Below, in pieces: positions 38,361 through 50,660 of a DNA stretch of 64,000 nt. The DNA lies in contig NC_073399.1 in assembly GCF_028641065.1 (NCBI RefSeq), positions 27,218,001-27,282,000 on the forward strand, written 5' to 3'. The stretch's first letter is position 1. Each line of letters opens with the position of its first letter. Source of the stretch: Leucoraja erinacea (taxonomy: Eukaryota). The position numbers and the translations under genes are program-made. The notes under the pieces are model-generated. The model saw only the letters and a list, made by a program, of their open reading frames with translations. It did not search any database and was not told the DNA's origin.

Positions 38361-38579
38361 TGTCAAAGCTGTGTATCTGTTAACGTAGCAGTTTTACATA
38401 AAGTATTACATAACTAATGAACACAAGGAGAGAAACATCTTAAATCTCTGAGTCATAAGACTGACGGGCTGTGTCCTCTGGATGCATCATAAGGCTCTGA
38501 AGCAAATGTTATTTATGTGATCAAAGACAAATCTCTTTGGTTAATTGATCATTTACAGGCGTGGTAGGAACATTCGGAC

Positions 38580-39234
38580 GGTTCACATTGGTTCACAGTG
38601 AAGAAAGCAAATGGCATGTTGGCCTCATAACAAGAGGAGTTGAGTATAGGAGCAAAGAGGTCCCTCTGCAGTTGTACAGAGCCCTAGTGAGACCACACCT
38701 GGAGTATTGTGTGCAGTTTTGGTCCCCTAATTTGAGGAAGGACATTCTTGCTATTGAGGGAGTGCAGCGTAGGTTTACAAGGTTAATTCCCGGGATGGCG
38801 GGACTGTCATATGCTGAGAGAATGGAGCGGCTGGGCTTGTATTCTCTGGAGTTTAGAAGGATGAGAGGGCATCTTATTGAAACATACAAGATTATTAAAT
38901 GCTAGAGGCAGGAAACATGTTCCTCAAGTTGGGAGAGTCCAGAACCAGTGTAAGAATAAAGGGTAAGCCATTTGGAACGGAGACGAGGAAACACTTTTTC
39001 ACACAGAGAGTTGTGAGTCTGGAATTCTCTGCCTCAGAGGGCGGTGGAGGCCGGTTCTCTGGATAATTTCAAGAGCGAGCTTGATAGGACTTAGAGATAG
39101 CGGAGTCAGGGGATATGGGGAGAAGGCAGGAATGGGGTACTAATCGGAGATAATCAGCCATGATCACATCGAATGGCGGTGCTGGCTCGAAGGGCTGAAT
39201 GGCCTACTCCTGTACCTATTGTCTTTTGTCTATT
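38580..39234 (+). mobile_element. CR1 LINE 3' fragment abutting the KIF19 exon ~15 acceptor
   Basis: LYRALVRPHLEYCVQFWSP...LERVQRR-type ORF2 C-terminus, then 3' end gctcgaagggctgaatggcctactcc and (CTATTGT)-like tail. Confidence 0.9.
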
Positions 39235-39244
39235 TCTCCCACAG

Positions 39245-39408
39245 GATGGCTCGGTCATTAACGTGGCCCAGAAGCTAAAGGTGGGAGAAGTGGTCCAGGA
39301 TGTGGACTCTGACCAGGAAAGTGTGAGAACCATTGGATCGGAGAAACATTATCCTTGGAGAAAGAATTGCAAAGACGTCCTCCCACCACTGGTTCCAGAG
39401 TCGGAGAG
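39245..39408 (+). CDS. KIF19: KIF19 exon ~15: DGSVINVAQKLKVGEVVQDVDSDQESVRTIGSEKHYPWRKNCKDVLPPLVPESE(S)
   Basis: Acceptor ctatttctcccacag, donor GAG|gtaaca, 164 nt, phase 0-2. DSD.ESV.T and LPPL..ESE motifs as in KIF19. Confidence 0.9.
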
Positions 39409-39410
39409 GT

Positions 39411-39800
39411 AACATAGAGTAGGCCATTCGGCCCTTCGAGCCTGCACCGCCATTTGATATGATCATGGCTGATCATCCAACTCGGTATCCCATCCCTGCC
39501 TTCTCTCCATACCCCCTGATCCCTTTAGCTACAAGGGCCACATCTAACTCCCTCTTAAATATAGCCAATGAACTGGCCTCAACTACCTTCTGTGGCAGAG
39601 AATTCCACAGATTCACCACTCTCTGTGTAAAAAATGATTTCCTCATCTCGGTCCTAAAAGGCTTCCCTCTTATCCTTAAACTGTGACCCCTAGTTCTGGA
39701 CTTCCCCAATATCGGGAATAATCTTCCTGCATCTAGCCTGTCCAACCCCTTAAGAATTTTGTAAGTTTCTATAAGATCCCCCCTCAGTCTTCTGAATTCC
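39411..39800 (-). mobile_element. CR1 LINE 3' fragment abutting the KIF19 exon ~15 donor
   Basis: RRLRGDLIETYKILKG...FFTQRVVNLWNSLP on the minus strand. Its 3' end (gagtaggccattcggcccttcgagc on +) starts a few nt after the GT. Confidence 0.9.
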
Positions 39801-40590
39801 AACTGAATTCTAACGTCACATTACACAAGGACTGAGATAGAGTTCGGAGTCCAACAAGCCACGTGTCAAGTGATTTAATTGTCATTTGTATCCACAACTG
39901 AAGAATGAAATTCTTACTTGCCGCAGCATTACAGACTCGTTAACGTAACAACACACAGATAAATGTACAATAAATAATTGTACAATAAATTAATAATCAG
40001 CAATACTAGGTACCCATAATAGTGCAAAACTGAAATTCATAGTGCAATCAAAATAAAGTCCATATAACATCATAGTTGAGGATGTGGTCCAGTCCCATCA
40101 CACAGACCAGCCTCTGCACCATCAACTCCATCTACACACCACGCTGCCTCGTGAAAGTAGCCAAAATAATCAAGGACCTTTTTTCCATTCCGGCCATTCC
40201 CTCTTCTTCCCTCTCCCATCAGACAAAAAATATAAAAGCTTGAAACCACGTGCTACCAGATTCAGGAACAGCTTCTTCCCTGCTGTTATCAGCGTTCTGA
40301 ATGGTGCTGCCATAAACTAGGGTGCGGTCCTGGTCTTCAAAACTACCTCATTGTGGATATTGGAAGTTTTTCTCCGTAACAATAAAGCCATAACGCTGTA
40401 ACACTATATTCTGCACTCTGCTATTTTTCTCTTTCCACCTGCAGTTATACTTGTGCACGGCATGATTGTACTCGGGTATTGTATGATCTAACCGGATAGC
40501 AGGCAAACAGAAGCTTTTCACTGTATGTTGGTACATGTGACAATAATAAACCTTTTCCTTATCCACCCTGTGCCATTTTTGAATCTTCAG

Positions 40591-40696
40591 TGACAGTAAC
40601 CGTGTGTTTAAAACCAGCCCCCTCGCTCAGCAGAGAAAGAATTCAACGGTAATCACCCCTCCTCCAATCCACTTGAACGGACTGCTAAACCAAGAG
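40591..40696 (+). CDS. KIF19: KIF19 exon ~16: DSNRVFKTSPLAQQRKNSTVITPPPIHLNGLLNQE
   Basis: Acceptor tttttgaatcttcag, donor GAG|gtgagc, 106 nt, phase 2-0. VFK and TPPPI motifs. Confidence 0.9.
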
Positions 40697-40991
40697 GTGA
40701 GCACCAGTAAACCCCACAGCCTGCCTACTGTACGTTTAAAATATGTCCATCTCAAATCTATATATGCAGGAAACTATTCAAAGCCACCATAGGTCAAAAG
40801 GGCGTTGTTGATGTTAACATGAATTAATACAAAGAGCTGGAGTAACTCAGCGGGACAGGTAACACCTGGTGAACATGGATTCGGGTCGGGAGCCATCTTC
40901 AGACTCATGAATAACATGAATTATCTGGGCATTTCCAGGGATTAAACCGTTGCAGTGTCCAAGAATATAAGACCAGCCCTTTTACTCACGT

Positions 40992-41298
40992 GGGGAGACA
41001 TGGTGGCGTTGCGGTAGAGTTGTTGCCTCACAGCGCCAGAGACCCGGGTTCGATCCTGACTACAGGTGCTCTCTGTACTGAGTTTGTACGTTCTCCCCGT
41101 GACTGCGTGAGTTTTCCACTGGGTGCACCAGTTTCCTCCCACATTACAAAGACGTACAGGTTTGTAGGTTAATTGGCTTCGGTAATGATTGTAACATGTA
41201 CCTAGTGTATAGTATAGTGCTAGTGTACTGGGGTCGCAGGTCAGCATGGACTCAGTGGGCCGAAGGGCCTGTTTCCACTCTATCTTCAAACTTAAAAC
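40992..41298 (+). mobile_element. tRNA-derived SINE (same family)
   Basis: Same head/body/tail. Further copies at ~1-85, 4025-4272(-), 16957-17268, 26116-26400, 29805-30120, 33405-33545, 35760-35885(-), 36020-36225, 41690-41860, 48357-48666, 49720-49985 and 51930-52155. Confidence 0.85.
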
Positions 41299-41922
41299 TC
41301 ATATTTTCCTTGTCCACTAATCTTAGCGATGAGAGAGCTATGATCAGTACTATCTTGTTTTCAGATGCTACGCATTGGTTTGACACCCCCAAACAGTTAA
41401 ATACTAGATTTTTCAATTTTTTTGAAATTTTAATATTACAAGATCAGTCAAGATTAAAAAATGAAGTATCTGGTTGTTAGGTGGTCAGGCCATTAAACAG
41501 CTTATAGAACGATGATCACCATAGTCACCAGCATCATAAGTGTACCGGCACCTTTATGTCTACACAACTGCACTGTGTGTGAGTGTGACGTGCGGTCGTT
41601 ATATAGAGAGACTTGATGTTATCAAGTTTGTTCTCTTGTCTATTTGTTCTGGTGCTGTGAGGCAGCAGCTCTACCAGTGGTACAGCTGCTAGAACCACTG
41701 CCTCACAGCACCAGAGATGCAACATCCCAAAGATGTTGGGGTTTGTAGGTTAATTGCCATCTGTCAAAAAAAAAGCCCTAGTGTGTAGAGAGTGAATGAG
41801 AAGGTGGGATGACATAGAACTAGTGTGTACAGGTTCGATGGGTGGTGTGGACTTGCACTGTATGACTCTATGACTGTAAAATGCAAGCAGGGAGTAACTG
41901 TTCTGTTCCGCATGTTCACCAG

Positions 41923-42049
41923 GCACACCAGCTTGAGAGTTTGGTGAGTGTGAGTGGGATGAGCAGTGCCAGCAGCCATCTGAACTCATCGCCCGACAGC
42001 AGCGAGAACTCTGTGGACCACCAGCAACCCCAGACAGTGTTCCTGAAAG
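41923..42049 (+). CDS. KIF19: KIF19 exon ~17: AHQLESLVSVSGMSSASSHLNSSPDSSENSVDHQQPQTVFLK
   Basis: Acceptor catgttcaccag, donor AAG|gtaggg, 127 nt, phase 0-1. NSSPDSSEN is conserved. The acceptor position is slightly less certain. Confidence 0.87.
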
Positions 42050-43409
42050 GTAGGGCATCGAAAAAGTATCACAGAGTCATGGAGCTGTACAGACGGAAAA
42101 CAGACACTTCAGCACATCCTGTCCATGACAACCAAATTGGCATAGTGGGCTAGTCCAATTTGCCTGCATTTGCCGCACATCTCTCTAAACCCTTCCTAAG
42201 CACAAACCTGTCCAAGTATCTCTTAAATGCTGTTATAGTACATGCATCAGCTACCTCCTCTGGCAGCTCATTCCATATACTTCACTACTTGCAGCCATTT
42301 TAAAATGGACATTTTTAAATGCCAAATAATGGGAATGTCACCTCTAAGTCAGCACGAAAAGAAGCTCTGTGATCCACCCTGTCCATGCCGACCAAGTTGG
42401 CATACGGGGCTGGTCCGATTTGCCTGCGTTTGACCAACATCCCTCTAAACCCTTCCTATCCACATATCTGACCAAATGTCTTTTAAAAGTTATAATTGTA
42501 TCCGTTCCTATAACTTGCTCTGGCAGCTCGTTCCAGATACAGACCACCCTGTGACCCGTTGCAGTACAAGTGAGACAATCGCAGGCAGGGAGTGGAGCAG
42601 GGGAGGGGCAACCACATCCTCTCCAGTGGTCCTTCCTCTGGTCTTAGGCAGATAGTTGATTCATATTCACAACACTCTGTTCCTTTCATCAGTTGCAATC
42701 CTTGCTGGTGATGCTCGGCGTGCGTCCCCATGGCAAGGCCGATGACCTTGCAGGTGGCAAGGCAAGTTGTTCCCGAGATCCCACCCACCCCGCGCATAGA
42801 CTCCCTCCCTGACCCAAAGATGGTGCCATCTGAAGGAATATCCAGATTTGATGTCTCTAAATATGATCACCCGGGCATTATAAATGCAGTGTACGTTGCA
42901 AGCGATATAAATGAAATGGACTGCCATGAGGGTGGCAATGAAATTAAAGGTTTACATTTAGAGTGCTGTTTTCTAGTCTTTCTAGAACACTTCTAGACCA
43001 CAAGTTAGCTTTGAAGTTATAACATAGGAGACATGATGACTAAAGTCTCCATGGGTAAGTGAGCAGGTGGGACTAGTGTAGATGAGGTATCTTGGTCGGC
43101 ATGGGCTGATTGGGCCAAAGGGCCTCTTTTTGTGCTGTGCGACTGAATGACCCTGGCTCCTCCCACATGCAGTACTGTGGTTAAAAACGTGGACCTCTGT
43201 CTGTACATAATGTCAAGTATGTGATCAATTGGGCCAGTGCTTCAATGATAATTAGCCTACACCTCTTTGATAAAGGTCTGTAGTGTACAAACACATGAAC
43301 ATTCAGTTGGAAAGATGTTGCCTCCTACAGTGTTTCTGCTCAACTGCAGTTCAGATGTTTGTGTTCAAGTTTCTGGAATTGGAAGCTGCTGACTGAGAGG
43401 CAAAAGAAG

Positions 43410-43612
43410 CAACTGGGCCAGGGACGATGTATAGTTACACCATATACCCACACAACTGGGCCAGAGACGATGTATAGTTACACCATATACCCACACAACT
43501 GGGCCAGAGACGATGTATAGTTACACCATATACCCACACAACTGGGCCAGAGATGATGTATACTTACACCATATACCCACACAACGGGCCATAGATGAGG
43601 TTGTATACTTAC
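43410..43612. repeat. 43-bp minisatellite, ~4.7 copies
   Basis: Unit CAACTGGGCCAGAGACGATGTATAGTTACACCATATACCCACA starting at 43410, 43453, 43496, 43539 and 43582 (last copy degenerate). Confidence 0.95.
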
Positions 43613-43651
43613 CCAGAGAACTGATTAACAACAGAGGTCTCTTTTTAACAG

Positions 43652-44073
43652 ACCGTAAGCAGATGTTGACGGGCACCAAAAACATTGCGGTGAAGGCAGC
43701 ACGGCGGCGATCAAAAGCGCTGGAAAAAGACAACAGGCTGCACATTCTGGAACCGATGAAGGAGAAAACAAGTATCTCACTGCACTCAATGAGCGAGACT
43801 GAGGAGTCGTGCTATCGGGGCGATCCCGGGCTGTCACTGACACTATACAGGCATCAGCAAGGGCAGGTGATGAAGCACGCGGCCAGTGAGGACAATCTGT
43901 CCAGCAGCACTGGCGAGACTGCCAACCATCTCCAGCACCATCGCGGCCACTCCCCCAAGGATTGGCCTCAGTCCTACAAAAAGGAAAACAAAAAGACAAA
44001 CAAAAGAGAGGAAATCGTAGAAGCCAAAAGGAAGAAACGGCGGTCAAGGTCTTTTGAAGTCAACGGTCAAGGG
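43652..44073 (+). CDS. KIF19: KIF19 exon ~18: (D)RKQMLTGTKNIAVKAARRRSKALEK...HAASEDNLSSSTGE...EAKRKKRRSRSFEVNGQG
   Basis: Acceptor tctctttttaacag, donor GGG|gttggt, 422 nt, phase 1-0. VKAARRRS, HAASEDNLSSSTGE and KRRSRSFEV motifs. Confidence 0.95.
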
Positions 44074-44789
44074 GTTGGTATTTGGTTTATCAAGGAATGA
44101 TTTATAATTTAGACAACAAATGCTGGAGTAAGTGATCGGGTCTCCAGCATTTTATGCCTATCTTTGATATAAACCAGCATCTGCAGTTCCTTGTTATTAC
44201 ATTATAATTTACTCATAATTCATATATTTTAATGAATGCTTTTTACTGTGGACATTGTAATTGAAATTAAATGCAATCAGTAGTTGATCACGACCAGACA
44301 CAGAACTCTGCCCTTTTGCTATGGCAATTCTAATTAATGGTATTAAATGGATGGTGCCAATATATTACTAAACCTGGTTTGAATAAATTGTACCAAACAC
44401 CTACCTCCTGCCACGCTTTGTTCTGGCCATCCTCTCTTCCAGCTTTCTTCCCTCCCCAACCCACCTCCCCACAATCAGTCTGAAGAAGGGTCCCAACCCA
44501 AAACGTCACCTGTCCATGTTCTCCAGGGAGGCTGCCTGACCTGCTCAGTTGCTCCAGCACTTTGTGTCCTTTTTTGTAAACGAGCATCTGCAGTTCCTTG
44601 TTTCTACACCTTGCTTTGAATATTTCCTTATTGACCACGTGGGAATGTTTGAATATTATATTGTCATGGTTCGTTTCTTAGAGTAAGCAGACAACAAAAT
44701 TGTTGAGGGTGAAACCAAAGCAATCTTTAATCAAATCGTCAGATGGGAGTGGGGAGATAACAAAGAGCACACATGTTGCTTAGTGCCTC

Positions 44790-46626
44790 CATATAACCAT
44801 ATAACCATATAACAATTACAGCACGGAAACAGGCCATCTCGACCCTTCTAGTCCATGCCGAACACATAATCTCCCCTAGTCCCATATACCTGCGCTCAGA
44901 CCATAAATAACCCTCCATTCCCTTCCCATCCATATAACTATCCAATTTATTTTTAAACGATAAAAACGAACCTGCCTCCACCACCTTCACTGGAAGCTCA
45001 TTCCACACAGCTACCACTCCCTGAGTAAAGAAGTTCCCCCTCATGTTACCCCTAAACTTCAGTCCCTTAATTCTCAAGTCATGTCCCCTTGTTTGAATCT
45101 TCCCTACTCTCAGTGGGAAAATGCACACTGAATGGACACTGGTTGAGCAACGTTTTTTGTTTCCTCTGGGTATGTGAATACTCAGGAAATGACAATAAAG
45201 ATATACAATACAATACAATACAATAAAAGCTTTTCCACGTCAACTCCCCCCTTAACCTTCTGCGCTCCAAAGAATAAAGCCCTAACTTGTTCAACCTTTC
45301 TCTGTAACTTAGTTGCTGAAACCCAGGCAACATTCTAGTAAATCTCCTCTGTACTCTCTCTATTTTGTTGACATCCTTCCTACAATTAGGGGACCAAAAT
45401 TGTACACCATACTCCAGAATTGGCCTCACCAATGCCTTGTACATCTGCATACTTACTAATCCAATTTACCACACCATCATCCAGATCATTGATGTACATG
45501 ACAAACAACAGTGGACCCAACACAGATCCCTGTGGCACCCCACTCGTCACTGGCCTCCAACCTGACAAACAACCATCCACCATTACTCTCTGGCATCTCC
45601 CATTCAGCCACTGTTGAATCCATCTTGCTACTCCACCATTAATACCCAACCATTGAACCTTCTTACCCAACCTTCCATGAGGAACCTTGTCAAAGGCCTT
45701 ACTGAAGTCCATATACACAACATCCACTGCTTTACCCTCATCAATTTCCCGAGTAACATCTTCAAAAAATTCAAGAAGATTAGTTAAACATGACCTTCCA
45801 GGCACAAATCCATGTTGACTGTTCCGAATCAGACCCTGTTTATCCAGATGCTTATATATATTATCTCTAAGTATTCTTTCCATTAATTTGCCCACAACTG
45901 ACGTCAAACTAACAGGTCTATAATTGCTAGGTTTACTCTTAGACCCCTTTTTAAACAATGGAACAACATGCGCAGTACGCCAATCCTCCGGCACTATTCC
46001 CGTTTCTAATGACATTTGAAATATTTCTGCCACAGCCCCTGCTATTTCTACACTAACTTCCCTCAATGTCCTAGGGAATATCCTGTCCGGACCTGGAGAC
46101 TTATCCACTTTTATATTTCTCAAAAGTATCAGTACTTCCTCTTCTTTGATCCTCATAGTTTCCATAGCTACTCTACTTGTTTCCCTTACCTCACATAATT
46201 CAATATCCTTCTCCTTGGTGAATACCGAAGAAAAGAAACTGTTCAATATCTCCCCCATCTCTTTTGGCTCTGCAGATAGTTGTCCACTCTGACTCTCTAA
46301 TGGACCAAATTTATCCCTCGTTATCCTTTTGCTATTAATATAGCGGTAGAAACCCTTCGGATTTACTTTTACCTTACTTGCCAAAGCAACCTCATATCTT
46401 CTTTTAGTTTTTCTAATTTCTTTCTTAAGATTCTTTTTACATTCTTTATACTCCTCAAGCACCTCATTTACTCCATGCTGCCTATAATTATTGTAGATCT
46501 CCCTCTTTTTTCCGAACCAAGTGTCCAATTTCCCTTGAAAACCATGGCTCTTTACAATTTTTACGATTTCCTTTCAACCGAACAGGGACATAAAGATTCT
46601 GTACTCTTAAAATTTCACCTTTAAAT
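44790..46626 (-). mobile_element. CR1-type LINE, truncated ORF2 (RT) with internal deletion and 3' tail
   Basis: ORF 45386-46528 has [30 protein letters not shown] and [13 protein letters not shown] motifs. The frame breaks after YAD by deletion. (ATATGGTT)n tail at ~44790-44812. Confidence 0.93.
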
Positions 46627-47454
46627 GTAGTGCTCCACTCAAAGAACAAAGAGAAAAGTTAGTGTAGTTATACATTTTCTTATCAATAAAACACACCTTC
46701 TAAATCTGAGTGAAAGATCCGTAGCCAAAGGGAAACAAGGGAGGCTGGACCCATATATTTGCAATGTCAGCCTTATTCTCAAATCTTGGCACAGCTTCAG
46801 TAGGGCTGCCCATTCCGGATCGACAACGAATGCCATTTTGTTTTCAAATGACTTCCATCTTGTTTCTCGAATGAGCATCCGCCACTACTGCCTTGTCTTT
46901 AGCTAGAACAGGCAGTTCAGATATTATATCAAATATGGTGCTATGTGCAGACAATACATCTCTATGTTAATACATTGTTTCAATGATTAGTATAAACCAA
47001 GCTTTTAAGGTTTTCCCAGACTTATTCTGCTGGGAAAATTCTTTTTTAAACTTGTCTGCTTTCAGTTGTTCAGCAAACTCCATTTATAATTTACAAACAA
47101 AACTTGAGCAAATTAAACTCTTTCAATATGATCATGGATTGTGTGGTAAATTGGAAAAATCTTGCAGAAATTACTTTTCAAAGCCAGCACCAAGGATTCT
47201 GAGCACAAAAGGACACTGAGCTGTCATGTCTGCATCAGTGCACACCAACTTCAGTACTTGTAAGTGTTAGAAATGTAGATCTTACATAAATCACCACTTT
47301 ACAAATGTCTCTACATGGAGTTTATTTCAACAATCTTCATGAAGAAAGCTGCTTGGAGCTAGGGGTTTTTTTTCCGGTATAATCCTGAGCTGTAAATATA
47401 TTTTCTCCTTTTGGTTTCTCATCAACCAGGACCTTGGTTTGAAAATTATACTAA

Positions 47455-48053
47455 AGGGGCTGTCCCACTGCGGCGACCTAATCTGCCAGTTTGGACGAGT
47501 TTTCCCTCGACTCAAACTCGCAGCATGGTTGACACGTGGTCCTAGGAGGTCCTATGAGGTCACTGGAATTCCCCTTCATGCTCGAGGGAAGTTCCCGAAT
47601 ACCCACGGCCTCAGCTAGGTCACGGGAAATTTTTCAGCGTGCTGAAAAATTTTCCGCGAGTAAAATTTGGTCGGCATGGTTCTTTTTAACTCGTAGTGCA
47701 GTGGAGTGGGGTCGCTATGTAGTTACAGGCAGTCGAGGGCAGCTGTAGGCAATCTCGTTCGCTGACCGGACATTTTGGTTGGCACATTGGAGTTTTCAGG
47801 ACCAAGGAAAACGGACCGGTGGGTAAAATGCCCGCTAAACGTTACTACACTTTTTAAAAGTGTCTCCACTCCTTCTCCCCCCCTTCTCCCCTCCTTCTCC
47901 CCTGTGTGTATGTGCGATCGATTGATCCAGCTCGTGGTTTCAACGCTGACGGTCGATCCAGCTCGAGGTTTTCCAGGCGAGTGCCCTCGAGCTTGAAGGT
48001 CGAAGACAGTCTTCGTAACTCACGGTTTAGGTCGCCCAAGTGAGACAGCCCCT
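47455..48053. mobile_element. PIF/Harbinger-type MITE
   Basis: TIR AGGGGCTGTCCCACTGCGGCGACCTAA / TTAGGTCGCCCAAGTGAGACAGCCCCT with TAA target duplication on both sides. Confidence 0.88.
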
Positions 48054-48753
48054 TAAGGCTGGAACAAATCACTCTGCCTCACTCAGACAACAGCAAACTG
48101 ATGAAACAAAGAACTGCAGATGCTGGTTACAAAAAAGAACAAAATGCTGGAGTAATTCAGTGGGTCAGGCAGCATCTATGGGGAACATGGACAGGTGATA
48201 TTTTGGGTCAGGACCTTTCTTCAGATGTATCAGAAGAAGAGTCTTGGCCCAAAACCTTATCTATCCATGTTCTCCAGAGATACTGCCTGATCCGCTGAGA
48301 TTCTCAGATGCAAATTGATGTAATGTTTGGTTTCTACAACCTAAATCTCATAGCAAGAGGCCAGCACAGTGGAACAGTTGGTAGAGCTGCTGCCTCACAG
48401 CGTCAGAGATCCGGGTTCATCCCAACCGCGGGAGCTGTCCGTGTGGAGTTAGCACATTATCCATGTGACTGCGTGACATTCTTCCGGGTACTCCGGTTTC
48501 CTCCCATGTCCCAAAGATGTGCGGGTTTGTAAGTTAATGGACCTCTATAAAATGTCCCTAGTGTGTAGGGAGTGGATGAGAAAGTAGGATAACTAATGTG
48601 AATGGGTGATCGATGGTCAGTGTGGACTCGATGTGTCCAAGGGCCTGTTTCTATGCTATATTTTTAATGCACCAGTCATAGCTTGCTCTACACCTTGTTA
48701 TGTACTTTATACCCTGTTTTGATTCAGTTCCACCATTTTCTGCATGTTCCCAG

Positions 48754-48907
48754 TTACCCAACTTGAAGAACATCTCATCTCGATTCCAACCGTTGGAGAG
48801 TATTTCGGATAATAGATTTAATGTCAATGGCCAATCTCAGTTCCGGATGCATGGCAAAGCAACGCACGTGCCTGGGAAGGTGAAATTCCCAATCAGCCAT
48901 TATGCAG
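48754..48907 (+). CDS. KIF19: KIF19 exon ~19: LPNLKNISSRFQPLESISDNRFNVNGQSQFRMHGKATHVPGKVKFPISHYA
   Basis: Acceptor tgcatgttcccag, donor CAG|gtatgt, 154 nt, phase 0-1. E.ISD.R and KVK.P similarity to the recalled KIF19 tail. Confidence 0.88.
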
Positions 48908-48974
48908 GTATGTGGGGTCATCACTAACATCGATCGCCCAGTGCTGACACTCTCTCCTGTCAGGGGCAGGGTGT

Positions 48975-49070
48975 GCCAGCTGCTCAGAGGAAGAGGTTCA
49001 CCGACCTACTCAACGTCTCTTTGAGGGAGTGCAATGTCCCCATTGACATCTTTGAATCTCTGGTCAAAAA
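48975..49070 (+). mobile_element. Old RTE-type LINE ORF C-terminal remnant
   Basis: QRKRFTDLLNVSLRECNVPIDIFESL resembles the RTE C-terminal pattern G.QRKR.KD.LK.SL..C.I....WE.LA. Confidence 0.55.
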
Positions 49071-50660
49071 GCAGCGTGGTGATGGTGTTGAGAAGCTCAA
49101 GGCCACATCAGGGACGGGCAGTGGTGGCAGGTGTGGACTCCCTCACCGACCATCACCTGCCCCACCTACACCTCACATCCCTCTCATCCAGAGATGAAGG
49201 AAGTCTTCCTTGATCTCGAGGGACTGCTTAAGACTTGTAAGGTTCACCCTTGACTTTCTTGATTCATTCATGTTTTGGGGATCTTGTGAATTGACTGATG
49301 TAGACTACATTTTCATGTCATTCTGCACATTTTCTGCTGTGCTGGTGATGCGGAAGAGCATGATCACATGGCCAGATCGCACAACTAGCCGGTTATTTGA
49401 GGGGTAACTCAATGTTGTTCGATTAAATTTGAAACGGGATTGAAAAGTGTAATTACTTAAAGCTTTGAATATCATCAGAGGCCTGAAGAGTATTTAAATG
49501 TCATATGTACCAACAACGGAACAATGATAAGTGGTCTTCCAATAGCTTAGTGCGGTGATATATTTTGTTTACATACAACATATCACACTGAGAGTGAGAG
49601 AAAGAGAGAGAGACCACTACTTTGTGCTGACTATCACACAGTTAGAACTGGTTCTACCAGTAAAGTGCTGTTGCTCCTGTGCTCCACACTCAGTATTGCA
49701 TGTTATACTCTTAGAGCTGGCACAGTGGGGAGAACCCACTGAGTGCCAGATTCCAGCATCCGATCCTGACCTCGGCTGCTCTGTGTGTGGTTTGCACGTT
49801 CTCCCTGTGACCGCATGGGATTCCTCCGGGTGCTCTGGCTTCCTCCCTTGTCCCAAAGGTTAATTGTCCCTCTGTAAATGACCCTAGTAGTGGGTAGGGA
49901 GTGTATGAGAAAGTGGAATAATAGAACCAATGTGGTAAGCGATGGCTGGAGGATTTGTTTCCAAACTGTGTCTCTAAACTCGAAACAAAGATGTATTTAT
50001 GTAATACATTCAATACCCCTTCAAGCCCTTGTTCTGTCATCTATGAAAGTATTTGCGATCTGTTGCAGTTTGATCAAGTTCCCACAAACAGTAAAACAAT
50101 ATTGACAGAAAATCTGTTTCCCGTGCTATAGGAAAGGGATCCATATTGCCATAGACGTTGGAGATAATTCCTCATTATATAAACCCACATTGAGGTCACT
50201 CTTGCAAAGAGGCTGCCTTGTTTCCTTATTGACTCGGGTCAGTAGACATGGCCAGATCTCGGTGGAATCAAACCAAGGTGCTCCCATATTGGCTTCCAGG
50301 TTCCACACTCTAATTCAAACAGCAGCAAAATTATCCTCATCAATTCTTGTCCTTTTTTTAAAACTTCAGCCAAGTTCCATGTTAGAAGTCTGAAGAAGGA
50401 TCCCGACCCATAATGTCACCTATCCACGTTCTCCAGAAATGCTGCCTGACCCGCTGAGTTACTCCAGCACTTTGTGTCTATCTTTTGTATAAACCAGCAT
50501 ATACAGTTCCATGATTCGACCAAATGTTAGTGGTCTTCCAACAGCAAACTTATTGCGGGTGATATATTTTGTTTACTTTTTGTTTAAAATCTGCATATAT
50601 TTTGTACAAAGAAATGGAAAAAAAGATATATAATTGTTGTGTCTCCACCTGTGTGTGCAG

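Noticed and set aside
37823-38417. 139- and 163-aa Ser/Leu/Phe/Pro-rich ORFs resembling membrane proteins
   Set aside because: Translation of a polypyrimidine low-complexity tract inside an intron.
45386-46528. 380-aa RT ORF as an active retrotransposon or domesticated gene
   Set aside because: It lacks the endonuclease N-terminus, and a deletion right after YAD removes the second catalytic Asp and shifts the frame.
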